Positions 32,336 through 42,290 of a stretch of 64,000 nt of DNA are shown here, piece after piece. The stretch covers positions 512,001 through 576,000 of the forward strand of contig CAWANH010000028.1 in the NCBI GenBank assembly GCA_963783375.1. Reading direction: 5' to 3'. The first letter of the stretch is position 1, and the number at the start of each line of letters is the position of its first letter. A program made the position numbers and the translations under genes. The notes under the pieces are model-generated. The model was not told the origin of the DNA and ran no database searches. It was given only the letters and a program-made list of their open reading frames with translations. Source of the stretch: Candidatus Eiseniibacteriota bacterium. Its GTDB lineage: Bacteria; Eisenbacteria; RBG-16-71-46; JABDJR01.

Positions 32336-34123
32336 ATGAACACGATTGTACGGCGGCCCGGGCCTCTTCAACGAGCAAAATCGCAGCGTACCCCCCGGAT
32401 GGACCAAATTCACCCGGAGAGGAGCCGATTCACCCCCCGGATGGAGCGGGTTCACCCGGAGAGGAGCCGATTCACCCCCCGGATGGAGCGGGTTCACCCG
32501 GAGAGGAGCCGGTTTACCCCGCGAATGGACCCCGCTCACCCCGAAAGGCGTCCCGGCCACCGGATCGTCCGGCGGGTTGCGGTCGCGGTTCTATGGCTGG
32601 TCCTGGGGCTCCTTCCCGGCCTCTCCGAGGCCTCGAACCGGATTACCATCCTTCACTTCAACGACTTCCACTCCCAGATCGAGCCCCGGGACGCGGGCCA
32701 CGGCGCGCTCCGGGGGGGCGCCGCCTACCTGGCCGGCGCGGTCGACATCGTGCGGCGGGATACCCCCAACTCCCTCCTCCTCGATGCCGGGGACAACGTC
32801 CAGGGAACCCCGTACTTCAACTTCTTCCGGGGCGAGGTGGAGGTCCGTCTCCTGAACCTGATGCAGGTCGACGCCACGGTCCTCGGAAACCACGAGTTCG
32901 ACAACGGCTTCGCGGCGGCGGAAACGATGCTCGCCCCCGCCCGCCTCCCGGTTCTCTCCGCCAACGTCGTCGTCGCCGACAGCGCCGAAGCCGCCCGCCC
33001 GGAGCGCTCCTTCGACATGACGGCCGGCCTGGTGGAAACCCCGTCCGCCGGGGACCGGGCCGCCGGGCTTCCCGCCGGGGTCCACCGGCTAGCCCTTCCC
33101 TATGCGGTCTACGCGGTGGGGGGGGTGCGGATCGGGGTGGTGGGGGTCACCACCGCCGATCTGCCCCGGCTGGTCCTTCCCACCGTCAACCGAGGCCTCG
33201 CCGCGCTTCCCCCCGTCGAAGCAGTCCGCCCCTGGGTGGAGCGGATCCGCCCCCGGGTCGATCTCGTGGTGGTGCTCAGCCACTGCGGGCTCGAACCGGA
33301 CTCGCTCCTGGCCGTCGCGGTCCCCGGGATCGACATCATCGTCTCGGGGCACGATCACGTGGCCCTTCCCGAGCCGCGGCTCGTCCCCAACCGCAACCGG
33401 AACGGGATCGGCGGAACCCTGCTGGTGGAAGCGGGCTCCCGCGGCGATTTCCTGGGCCGGTTGGACCTGGAGATGGAAGGCCGGCGAATTCTCGACTTCC
33501 GGGGACGGCTCCTGCCGGTGGGTCCGGACCTTCCGCCCGATCCGGCGGCGGCGGAGATGATCGCGGGGTATCGCGAGCGACTGGGGGAGGAGATCGGGCA
33601 GGTGATCGCCACCGCCCCGCGCGGCCTCTCCGGGGAGGGGAGGTTCCGGCGGGCCACCCCCCTCGGCACGTTCATCGCCGAGGTGATGCGCGAGGCGGCG
33701 GGGGCGGACCTCGCGATCGAGAACAGCGGAGGCATCCGGGCCTCGATTCACCCCGGCCCGGTGACCCTGGGGGACGCCTACGCCGTGATTCCCTTCGAGA
33801 ACACCATCGTCCGCTGCACCCTGAAGGGATCCCAGGTACGCCGCCTCCTCGAGGACGCGGTGGCGCGCCGAAGCCGGGACGAGTATCCCCAGCTCGCCGG
33901 AGTGAGCTTCACCGAGGACAACGGAAGACCGGTGGGGATCGAGGTGGGCGGACTTCCGCTGCGTGAGGACGGAGCGTACCGGGTGGCCACGAACAACTAC
34001 GTCTTCGCCGGAGGAGACGACTTTCCGGAGTTCGACAAGGCGGAAAATGCGATGGATACCGGACTGAACCTGCGGGAAGTGTTCATCGAGGCGGTCAAGA
34101 AGCAGAAAATCCTTCTTCCCTAG
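32336..34123 (+). CDS. Secreted 5'-nucleotidase / UDP-sugar hydrolase family
   Basis: LHFNDFH, LDAGD, LGNHEFD, LSHCG, SGHDH, NSGGIR, PFEN, ATNNY..GGD; signal peptide after the repeat region; true start uncertain. Confidence 0.9.
   Translation: MNTIVRRPGPLQRAKSQRTPRMDQIHPERSRFTPRMERVHPERSRFTPRMERVHPERSRFTPRMDPAHPERRPGHRIVRRVAVAVLWLVLGLLPGLSEASNRITILHFNDFHSQIEPRDAGHGALRGGAAYLAGAVDIVRRDTPNSLLLDAGDNVQGTPYFNFFRGEVEVRLLNLMQVDATVLGNHEFDNGFAAAETMLAPARLPVLSANVVVADSAEAARPERSFDMTAGLVETPSAGDRAAGLPAGVHRLALPYAVYAVGGVRIGVVGVTTADLPRLVLPTVNRGLAALPPVEAVRPWVERIRPRVDLVVVLSHCGLEPDSLLAVAVPGIDIIVSGHDHVALPEPRLVPNRNRNGIGGTLLVEAGSRGDFLGRLDLEMEGRRILDFRGRLLPVGPDLPPDPAAAEMIAGYRERLGEEIGQVIATAPRGLSGEGRFRRATPLGTFIAEVMREAAGADLAIENSGGIRASIHPGPVTLGDAYAVIPFENTIVRCTLKGSQVRRLLEDAVARRSRDEYPQLAGVSFTEDNGRPVGIEVGGLPLREDGAYRVATNNYVFAGGDDFPEFDKAENAMDTGLNLREVFIEAVKKQKILLP
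32390..32550 (+). repeat. 42-bp tandem repeat (about 3.7 copies)
   Basis: CACCC recurs at 32411, 32453, 32495 and 32537; unit CACCCGGAGAGGAGCCGATTCACCCCCCGGATGGAGCGGGTT (encodes HPERSRFTPRMERV). Confidence 0.9.
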
Positions 34124-34184
34124 CCGATGGCCCCGGCTGATCGGTCCGTCGCCCCTCGACTTCGCAAATTTTTTACAATTAGCT

Positions 34185-34212
34185 GGTTACTTCGTAACCG
34201 GCCAACTATAAT
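34185..34212 (+). promoter_or_regulatory. Palindromic operator-like site next to a -10 box
   Basis: GGTTAC-TTC-GTAACC at 34185-34199, followed by TATAAT at 34207-34212. Confidence 0.5.
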
Positions 34213-34356
34213 GCATGGGTCGAGGTTTCGCGGGGAGTCACCCTCCTGTGAGGTTCATCTCACAGTCCATTCGCCCCCCGAAGCCACCGGCCCGGCTCCT
34301 CCCCGCGGGCCACCGCCCGGAACATCCGCGGTCCACCGATGCCTTGGGGGTTCGTC

Positions 34357-36633
34357 ATGCCTGCGTCGCCTCCCGCACGCTCTGCGTCCCGTCGTCTGCT
34401 GCTGCTTCTTCTTCTCACCGTCGCGGGGCTGGTCCTCCTCGCCGCATCCGCCCCGGCCGGGGTCACCGACCAGACCATGGGGGCCGGGGGAGCCTGGCTG
34501 GATCTGGACGGAGACGGGTTCCTGGACCTGGTTTACCTGACTCCGGATGGGCACATCACCGTGCTTCGCTACAATCCGGCCCAGGATGCCTTCGAGAACC
34601 GCAGCACGGCCGCCGTTCCCGCGCTCATCCGCTCCGGCGACGACCCCATGGAGGGTTTGAGCGCCGGGGACGTCAACAACGACGGTTTCGACGACCTCTT
34701 CCTCACCTGCAACGGCCCCAACTACCTCCTGATCAACAACGGCGACGGCACGTTCCGGGTCCTCAGCCGTTCCGCGGGAATCCTGGGAGGGATGACCCCC
34801 ACCGGAGACGGGCACTGGATTCAGGGAGAGGGCCTCTCCGCCAGCTCCGCGATGTTCGACTACGACAACGACGGCCTCCTCGACATCTACGTGACCAACT
34901 ACGGCGACTACTACCTGGGCGGCTCCGCGAACCAGCTCTTCCACAATGTGGGGGTGGATGAACAGGGGAACCCGCACTTCCAGGACGTGGCTCCCGCCCT
35001 TCACATGGACCTGGCCTCCCAGGGGGAGAGCGACTGGTCGCTGGGGCTGGCCGCCGGGGACTACGACAACGACGGGGACATGGATCTCTACGTGGGGAAC
35101 GACTTCAACGGGCCGGACTGGAGCGGGTATCTGAACCCCGGGTTCAACATCCTCTACCGGAACGAGGGCGACGGCACCTTCACCGATGTCTCCTACACCG
35201 CCGGAGCCACCGATACCAGCTGGACGATGGGGGTGACCTTCGGGGACTTCAACGAGGACGGCTACCTCGACATCTTCAGCGCCAACTACTGGGACGACCG
35301 GATGTACCGGAACAACGGGGACGGGACCTTCACCGACGTGGCCGCGAACATGGGGCTGGTGGCCGCCGACCCCCGGAGGGAGAACGGCTGGGGGAACGCG
35401 TTCATCGACATCGACAACGACGGCGACCTGGACCTCCACGTGGCCAACGGCTTCATCCCCAACGACCTGGGCTTGAGCCCCGGCCAACCCAACCAGCTCT
35501 GGGAGAACCTGGGGCCGAGCGGGTCGACCCCGTACCACTTCCACGAGATCGGCCACGGGGCGGGAATCGACGACGACGGCGACGCGCGCGGAGCGGTCTA
35601 CGGGGACTTCAACCGCGACGGGTTCATCGATTTCCTGATGATCAACAACAGCTTCGTGAGCGGGCCCGAGACCGACACCGCTCCCCTCCGCATCCTCTAC
35701 GTCAACCAGAAGAACGGGACCTTCTGGGATCGGACGGTGCACTACGGACTGCGGACCTCGCCCCCCGACGTGCCCGCCCCCGCTCCCCGGGGGGATTTCA
35801 GCGGAAACCACTGGGTCCAGTTCGCGCTCCGCGGCACCAAGTCCAACCGCAGCGCCATCGGCGCCCGGGTCACGGTGAAGGCTGGAGACCGGACCTGGAT
35901 GCGGGAACTGGGACAATCGTCCTACTGCTCCCAGAATTCCCCTTACCTTCACTTCGGCCTCGGCCAACACGCCGTCCTCGACGAGGCCACGGTGCGCTTC
36001 CCCAGCGGCAAGGTCGTGCATCTGGCTCCGGAGGACCGGGGGGTGGACCAGGTGATCACCGTGGTGGAGCCCGACGAGACCCCGGTGGGCATCCTCTCCT
36101 TCGGCATCACCTCCGATCCGGAGGGGGCGCGGATCCGTTGGCGGTACCGCGACGACGGCGACCTGGCCGCCTTCTCCCTGTATCGCAACGAGGCGGGGAC
36201 CGAGATTCCGGTGGCCACGCACATCCGCACCGAGAACGGGGCCGGGGAGTTCCTGGACCGGGAGGCGCCGGTGGACCGGAACGTGGTCTACACCCTGGAG
36301 GCCGCCTATCGGGACGGAAGCCGCGAACAGCTCCGGAGCCAGGCCTTCCGCTTCCATCCCCCGGAGCTGACCGTCCTCCGGCAGAACTTCCCCAACCCCT
36401 TCACTTCGGCCACCACCATTCCGCTCCTGGCGCCGCGAGGCGGGGCGGTGACCGTCGACATCTTCGACGTCTCGGGCCGCCGGGTTCGACGCCTGGAGAG
36501 CGCCGTGGCCGGGGGGGAAGGTTCGGTGGCCTGGGACGGAACCGACGGCGGCGGGAAGGAGGTTCCCTCGGGAATCTACTTCTACCGCGTGGAGGGCGCC
36601 TCGAAGACTCTCAAGATGATCCGCCGGCGCTGA
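34357..36633 (+). CDS. FG-GAP repeat / ASPIC-UnbV (CRTAC1-like) secreted protein with C-terminal FlgD-Ig domain
   Basis: Repeated D.DNDG..D(L/I)YV.N units; NRSAIGARV..HFGLG (ASPIC/UnbV); NFPNPF..IFDVSGRRVR.L..WDG.D..SGIYFYR. Confidence 0.88.
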   Translation: MPASPPARSASRRLLLLLLLTVAGLVLLAASAPAGVTDQTMGAGGAWLDLDGDGFLDLVYLTPDGHITVLRYNPAQDAFENRSTAAVPALIRSGDDPMEGLSAGDVNNDGFDDLFLTCNGPNYLLINNGDGTFRVLSRSAGILGGMTPTGDGHWIQGEGLSASSAMFDYDNDGLLDIYVTNYGDYYLGGSANQLFHNVGVDEQGNPHFQDVAPALHMDLASQGESDWSLGLAAGDYDNDGDMDLYVGNDFNGPDWSGYLNPGFNILYRNEGDGTFTDVSYTAGATDTSWTMGVTFGDFNEDGYLDIFSANYWDDRMYRNNGDGTFTDVAANMGLVAADPRRENGWGNAFIDIDNDGDLDLHVANGFIPNDLGLSPGQPNQLWENLGPSGSTPYHFHEIGHGAGIDDDGDARGAVYGDFNRDGFIDFLMINNSFVSGPETDTAPLRILYVNQKNGTFWDRTVHYGLRTSPPDVPAPAPRGDFSGNHWVQFALRGTKSNRSAIGARVTVKAGDRTWMRELGQSSYCSQNSPYLHFGLGQHAVLDEATVRFPSGKVVHLAPEDRGVDQVITVVEPDETPVGILSFGITSDPEGARIRWRYRDDGDLAAFSLYRNEAGTEIPVATHIRTENGAGEFLDREAPVDRNVVYTLEAAYRDGSREQLRSQAFRFHPPELTVLRQNFPNPFTSATTIPLLAPRGGAVTVDIFDVSGRRVRRLESAVAGGEGSVAWDGTDGGGKEVPSGIYFYRVEGASKTLKMIRRR

Positions 36634-36669
36634 CCCGGCCGCGGGCCCGGGCGGCGTTCGCCCGGGAGG

Positions 36670-39600
36670 TCAGCGACCGAGGCGGACGAGCTTCCGCACC
36701 CGGGTGCGTCCACCCGCCTCCAGGCGATAGAAGTAGACCCCGGGAGGGGTCGCCCGGCCCCGGTCGTCTTCACCGTCCCACCCCGCGATCTGGGTTCCCG
36801 CCTCCATCCGCCGATCGATGAGAGTTCGTACCCTCCGCCCGGACAGATCGAAGATTTCCACCCGGACGTCCGTGGCCACGGAAAGCTTGAACGCCACCCC
36901 GGTGGCCCCGACGAAGGGGTTGGGGGTGGGGGCGTTGAGGACCACTGAAAATGTCGGCGTCACCGGCGGCGGGAGGACCGGCGTGCTCGGGTCCTCGGTG
37001 ATCCTGAGGACGGTGTCAAGAGCGGGATTCAGCACCACGCTGCGAGCGGTGGACGGCCAGAACACCGTCACCGAATCCACCGTGGCTCCGTCGGGAAACC
37101 CGAAGAGCTCGGGAAGGCGACTCTTCGAGGCCCACCCGGTTCCGGAGCCGACCTCCCTCGTCTGGACCAGGCTCCCCGAGTGGACCTCGATCCGGGCTCC
37201 GATCCCGTCCCGATTGGAGAGAACGCCCTGAAGCACGACCTCCATCCAGGGGCGGGGGGAGGAGCCGTCGTTCAGGGCGTTCCGGTACAGGAGGTTGGGC
37301 ATCCCCGATCCCCGGGTCACGTAGAGATCGGGATCACCGTCCAGGTCCACGTCGGCCCATCCGCATCCATAGTCCGGTCCCGGATCGGGATTGGGCACCC
37401 CGGCTCCCGACGTCCGGAGCATGGTCGAGCCCAGGTTCTGGAACAGGATGTTGGGGCTGACGAGGTTCACCACGAACAGGTCGAGGTCTCCGTCCAGGTC
37501 TACGTCAGCCAGGGCGGCCCCCACCGCGGTGCCGGGGTCGTTGACCCCCCAGGCCGCACCGGCTTCCTCGAAGGTGCCGTCGCCGCGGTTCAGGTAGAGG
37601 GCGTCGGCTCCGGAGGACGCGACGAAGAGATCCACCCATCCGTCGCCGTTCAGATCCCCCCAGACTGCGCCGTGGGCGGGAGTGGTCGAGGCGATCCCGG
37701 CGGCCCCGGTCACGTCCTCGAACCGGTTCCCCCCCAGATTTCGGTAGAGGGAGTGATAGGGGGCGCCTAGCCGGGCGATGAACAGATCCGGCATCCGGTC
37801 CCGGTCGTAGTCCGCCCAGGCGCAACCGTAGGCGTCGGCTCCATCGGCGGGGAAGACGAAGCCGGCCTGGGGGGCGACGTCGGTGAACGTCCCGTCGCCG
37901 TTGTTGTGCCAGAGGGCCGAGGGACCGTCACGCCGGAGGACAAAGAGGTCCAGGCGGCCGTCTCCGTCCGCGTCCACCCAGGCCGCGTCGAACTCCCTCC
38001 CGATGTCGAGCACCCCCGAGACCGCGCTGACGTCGGTGAAGTGGGCGTTTCCGTCGTTCCGGAAGAGCCCGTGATCGGTCACGAAGAGATCGGGACGGCC
38101 GTCGTTGTCGTAGTCGCCCCAGGCCGCTCCCACCCCGCCCTCGGGGTTTCCGAATCCCGCGGAAGTCGTGGCGTCGGAGAAGGTCCCGTTGCCGCCGTTC
38201 CGGTAGAAGGCGTCCTTCTCGGCGCCCGGTACGGCGGTGTTGTTCACCACGTAGAGATCGGGATACCCGTCCCCGTCGGCGTCGGCGAAGGCCAGGCCCA
38301 CCCCGTAGCCGGTGTTGGCCACCCCCGCCTCGGCAGCGGTCGAGATCAACGAAATCGGCTCGGGAACCGCGCCCAGGGCCCGGATATCGTAGGAGCCGTA
38401 GTGAACCTGGGCGGCATAGCCGCCCGATGCCCGCGACACCTTCACGGTGTAGGTCCCCGATGAAGGGGCGGTGAAGGCGACCAGGGAAGAGAGATCCCCG
38501 GCCGCGCGGTTGTCGTTCGAGGCGATCAAGGCCTGGCCCGGGTCGTAGACGTCGAGCCGGGTATCCCCGTAGCTCAGGATGTTCAGGGTTTCCACCGAAA
38601 CCTCGTCGCCCCCGGTGAGATGCATGTCGTGATAGTCCACGTCTCCGGCGGGGTAGAAGGTGTGATGGACGGGGGTTCCGTCGAGATCCAGGGGGGTGGC
38701 CAGCGCGGGGGTGTCGTCCCCTTCCAGCGTGTCCGGATGGAACTCCGCTCCCAGGGCGTCGAAGGTGACTTCCATTTCCGGTTGGTGACCCAGCGCCAGA
38801 GCGGGGGCGAACCAGGAGTCCCAGAAGCTCTCCAGGGTCACCCAGGGACCGGCGGAGGACCAGCTCGAGACCACCGACCAGGTGAGCGAGCGGGAGAGAT
38901 GGAGGGGATCGTCGTCGGTTCCCGGCCAGAGATCCGGAGTGGCCGGTCCGTCCTCGATGTCCCACAGGGCGGCCTGGACCACCACCTCGCTCCCGGTCCC
39001 CTTGAGGGGGAAGCTCGGCCCCTCGCACTCGTAGGAGAAGCTGAGCTGGCCGGCTCCGGACTGGTCGGTCATGTCCACGTACCAGCTCGGGTAGGGGTCC
39101 CCGGCCCGCGCCCGTGCCGCGGCCTGGAAGTAGGAGGCCCATCCCTCGTTCCAGGAGAGAATGGGGGGCTGGTTTCCGTCGTCGATGTAGTGAGTGCCTC
39201 CGGCGGGATTGAGCTTGGAATAGAGATCGGCGATGTAGTGCCCGTACTCGTGGATGATCACGCAGTCGTCATAGCCTTCCTCGTCGGGGCTCGACGGATT
39301 CGCGCCTCCGTAGAGCTGAATGCTCCAGCCCGAGTAGAAGGTGCCCTGATTGCCGGAGTCGGTATTCCAGTACACGCTCACCGGATGGGCCGGCCAGGCG
39401 CCGGTCAGGGATCGCACCAGATCGGCTCCGACCAGGCAGTTGTCCAGGACGTTGAAGGCCTCGCCTCCTGAACCGGGCTCGGCGATGAAGTCGCCGAGAT
39501 CGGTGCTCTCTCCGGGTTTGGACAGGGGGGAAGCGGCGCTGTAGAGGGTGGGCTGGGCGGAACTCCGCTTCACCCGGATGTCGGTTCCCCCCCACCCGTC

Positions 39601-40386
39601 GGTGGAGCTCAGGGCCCGGACCTGGTAGACGTCGCCGGCAACTCCGTTGTAGGCGAAGGCGAACGCACCGGTGGTGTCGGTGGAGCTGGAGCTCTTGTAC
39701 ACCCCGTTGACGAGCAGTTCCACGTTCGCGTGGCGGACGGGCCGGAGGGGATCGTCCCCGCTGTCGGCATTCAGGAAGCCGTTGGGTCCGAAGACCCGGT
39801 CCCGATAGAAGAAGCGCCCGGTGACGGTGACGGGAAGCGCGCCGGGGGTGGAGGTCGCCGATCGTGCCCCGATCGGGGCCCGGGCCGCGGCGGGAAACTC
39901 CAGCAGGTCTCCCCGCGGGGTGCTCACCATCCGTCCCCCGTGGGCGGCGGGGCTGTCATCCCGCGGGGGACTCAGATCCAGCCAGGCCCCGGTCCGGTAC
40001 CCGCCCTCGCCGCCCTCCACGGCGATCCGGGCCTCGATGGGTGGCGTGGTCCCCGAGGGCGTCCGGACCCGGAGCGGAAAGACGAGGGTCTCGCCCGGCT
40101 CCACGGGTCCGTCGTAGACGGGCAGGGGACCGGCGGTTTCCAGCCCCGCGGGGACGAGGGTCTCCAATCGGAGCCGCTCCACCGGGAACCGGGAATCCAC
40201 CAGAAGCCGGGCGTCGGTGAACGATCCGGGGGTGGAGACCCCGTCGAACACCCAGCGCGCCTCCACCCCGGTCCGGGGTTTCCCGTCGGAAAGCGCGCCG
40301 CGGGACCTCGCCGCTCCCACCGCGAGAGCGGCCAGGAGCAGAACCAGGAACGGGATCAACCGTCGGGGCCGGGGTATCGAAGCCAT
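36670..40386 (-). CDS. Large secreted protein: HExxH metallopeptidase + PPC-like + FG-GAP repeats + ASPIC-UnbV + FlgD-Ig
   Basis: Signal peptide; IIHEYGH..WNEGWA; D.D....DT.L..Y.....ASND; FG-GAP repeats; NRDGIGARI; PNPF..WDGED..PGVYFYRL. Confidence 0.85.
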   Translation of the reverse strand: MASIPRPRRLIPFLVLLLAALAVGAARSRGALSDGKPRTGVEARWVFDGVSTPGSFTDARLLVDSRFPVERLRLETLVPAGLETAGPLPVYDGPVEPGETLVFPLRVRTPSGTTPPIEARIAVEGGEGGYRTGAWLDLSPPRDDSPAAHGGRMVSTPRGDLLEFPAAARAPIGARSATSTPGALPVTVTGRFFYRDRVFGPNGFLNADSGDDPLRPVRHANVELLVNGVYKSSSSTDTTGAFAFAYNGVAGDVYQVRALSSTDGWGGTDIRVKRSSAQPTLYSAASPLSKPGESTDLGDFIAEPGSGGEAFNVLDNCLVGADLVRSLTGAWPAHPVSVYWNTDSGNQGTFYSGWSIQLYGGANPSSPDEEGYDDCVIIHEYGHYIADLYSKLNPAGGTHYIDDGNQPPILSWNEGWASYFQAAARARAGDPYPSWYVDMTDQSGAGQLSFSYECEGPSFPLKGTGSEVVVQAALWDIEDGPATPDLWPGTDDDPLHLSRSLTWSVVSSWSSAGPWVTLESFWDSWFAPALALGHQPEMEVTFDALGAEFHPDTLEGDDTPALATPLDLDGTPVHHTFYPAGDVDYHDMHLTGGDEVSVETLNILSYGDTRLDVYDPGQALIASNDNRAAGDLSSLVAFTAPSSGTYTVKVSRASGGYAAQVHYGSYDIRALGAVPEPISLISTAAEAGVANTGYGVGLAFADADGDGYPDLYVVNNTAVPGAEKDAFYRNGGNGTFSDATTSAGFGNPEGGVGAAWGDYDNDGRPDLFVTDHGLFRNDGNAHFTDVSAVSGVLDIGREFDAAWVDADGDGRLDLFVLRRDGPSALWHNNGDGTFTDVAPQAGFVFPADGADAYGCAWADYDRDRMPDLFIARLGAPYHSLYRNLGGNRFEDVTGAAGIASTTPAHGAVWGDLNGDGWVDLFVASSGADALYLNRGDGTFEEAGAAWGVNDPGTAVGAALADVDLDGDLDLFVVNLVSPNILFQNLGSTMLRTSGAGVPNPDPGPDYGCGWADVDLDGDPDLYVTRGSGMPNLLYRNALNDGSSPRPWMEVVLQGVLSNRDGIGARIEVHSGSLVQTREVGSGTGWASKSRLPELFGFPDGATVDSVTVFWPSTARSVVLNPALDTVLRITEDPSTPVLPPPVTPTFSVVLNAPTPNPFVGATGVAFKLSVATDVRVEIFDLSGRRVRTLIDRRMEAGTQIAGWDGEDDRGRATPPGVYFYRLEAGGRTRVRKLVRLGR

Positions 40387-40620
40387 CGAGCGGACCTTCG
40401 AGAGAGTCAGGGATGCAACCCGGGCCGTTCACGAGCGCGCTTCGCGGTCCCACCACGGGGTTCATGAATCATCCGGGTCAGGGGGGAAGCGTCCATGATT
40501 CTACCTGCTCGACGGGGCCGGGTAAACGTCCCGGGTGCCCCGGGCCGGAAGCTCGCGCGGGATGGAGAGGAGGAAGCGGTCCGGCGGGTTCGGGCGCCGA
40601 GGTTCGGGGAGCGCTCCCGA

Positions 40621-41873
40621 TCAGGGAATCCGGACCAGCCGGGTTCCCCCCGCGGCTCGCCCATCCTGGACCAGCTTGACGAAGAAGACCCCCGCCCCCA
40701 CGTCCCGCCCCTCGGAATCCCGGCCGTCCCAACGGATCCGATGGACCCCGGGTGAAAGAACGCCCGGCGCCAGCTCGCGCACCTCGCGGCCAGAGGCGTC
40801 CACCACCAGCGCGCGCACCGTCACTCCTTCGGGCTGGTCGGTTCCCACCGTGAAGCTCAGCTCCACGCCGCTGGCCGTGGGGTTGGGGAATGCCCGGAGC
40901 GGCCGGAGATCCGCTCCCGGTCCCCCGTCTCCCGGCACGGCGACGACCGGATACTGGTAGATGTGGACCACGTCATCCTCGGCGTCGGTCACGTAGAGGC
41001 TCACCCCGGAGCCGGTACCGGTGGCCAAGCCGGCGGGCCTGGCCAGGAACTGGCCCGGAGCGGCGGCGTTCCACTGGCTGAGAAAGGTTCCGTCGGTCTT
41101 GAACTTCTGGATCCGACCGTTTCCGGTATCGGCGATGTAGATGGTCTGGTTCAGGTCCATGGTGATGCCCTCCATGGATCCGAACTGACCCGGGCCGGTT
41201 CCGAAGCTTCCCCAGGTCGATCGGAAGCCTCCCTGGCGGTTGAACTCGACCACGCGGCTGTTGCAGTTGTCGCACACGAAGATCCCCGAACCCGTGGCCA
41301 GAAGCGCGGTCGGACAGCGGAGCTCCCCCGCCGTCCCCGCCCCGGTCCAGCCGTACAGGTACTGGCCTTCGAAATCGAAGACCTGGATCCGGTTGTTGCC
41401 GTTGTCGGCGACGAACAGCCGGCCCAGACCGGCGGTCGAGATCCCCCACGGGAAACTGAACTCCCCCGCCTGGCTCCCCGGGGTCCCCCAGGTCAGAAGC
41501 AGCGCGCCGGTGCCCGAGAACTTCATCACCCGGTGGTTGTTGGAGTCGCACACGAACACCGTGCTGTCGTTCGCGGCCACGATGCCGTGAGGGTTGAAGA
41601 GCCCCCCCACTTTCCCAGGTACGTGCCGCCGGGACTGAAGTACTCAACGCGGTCGTTCTGGGAGTCCACCACGTAGACCGTTCCATTGGGGGCGACCGAC
41701 ACCGCCGAGGGCCCGTAGAAATAGCCGTTGCCCGCGCCCAGCCCGCAGCAGTCGTACCCTCCCCAGCTCGTCTGCCAGTCGGGAGGAGAATCCGCCCAGG
41801 AGTTTGGGGCCAATCCCCCGATCAACCCCGCCAGGAGCAATGCCGCGCCGAACTGTTTCATGGGTATCCTCAT
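40621..41873 (-). CDS. Secreted NHL-repeat propeller with FlgD-Ig C-terminus (frameshift in C7 run at 41602-41608)
   Basis: Signal peptide and first NHL repeat lie in the ORF ending 41526; the remaining repeats lie in 40621-41610. One extra G gives KWGGLFNPHG. GAGGAG RBS before ATG 41873. Confidence 0.8.
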
Positions 41874-42275
41874 CTCCTCGCGACCGGCGCCCGTCCGGGC
41901 CGGACCCTCATAAACATAACCCGTTGAATGAATTACCGGCGCGATCCGGAATGCTCCAGTTCCCTGCGCCGGGTTCGGTCGGTCCCCTGGAAATCGGTCC
42001 CACGCGGGCGCCGGGGGACCGTGCCCCCATTGTAGAGCCAGAAACATGCCATGGGCTCCGGCACGGCCCGCCGAGGCCTCGGCGATGGGAGCGCGACCGC
42101 CGGAAATTGACACCGAGTCGCTCCATCCGTTTCATTTCGAATCAAATCCTGCCATTTGGGCAAGCGAATTGCGCTCTTTCAATATCGTGTGCCAAAATAG
42201 AACAGCATCTTGCGCTTGTCTAAACCGCCCAATTGCTGTAGATTAGATCCCCTGATCGGTCGCGTGTTTAGCACG

Positions 42276-42290
42276 TGGCATTGTCATTGC
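42276..42290 (+). promoter_or_regulatory. sigma54-type (-24/-12) promoter upstream of groES
   Basis: TGGCAT-TGTCA-TTGC matches TGGCAC-N5-TTGC with exact GG-N10-GC spacing. Confidence 0.6.

Noticed and set aside
32390-32550. Possible CRISPR array
   Set aside because: Contiguous tandem units with no unique spacers, and no cas genes nearby.
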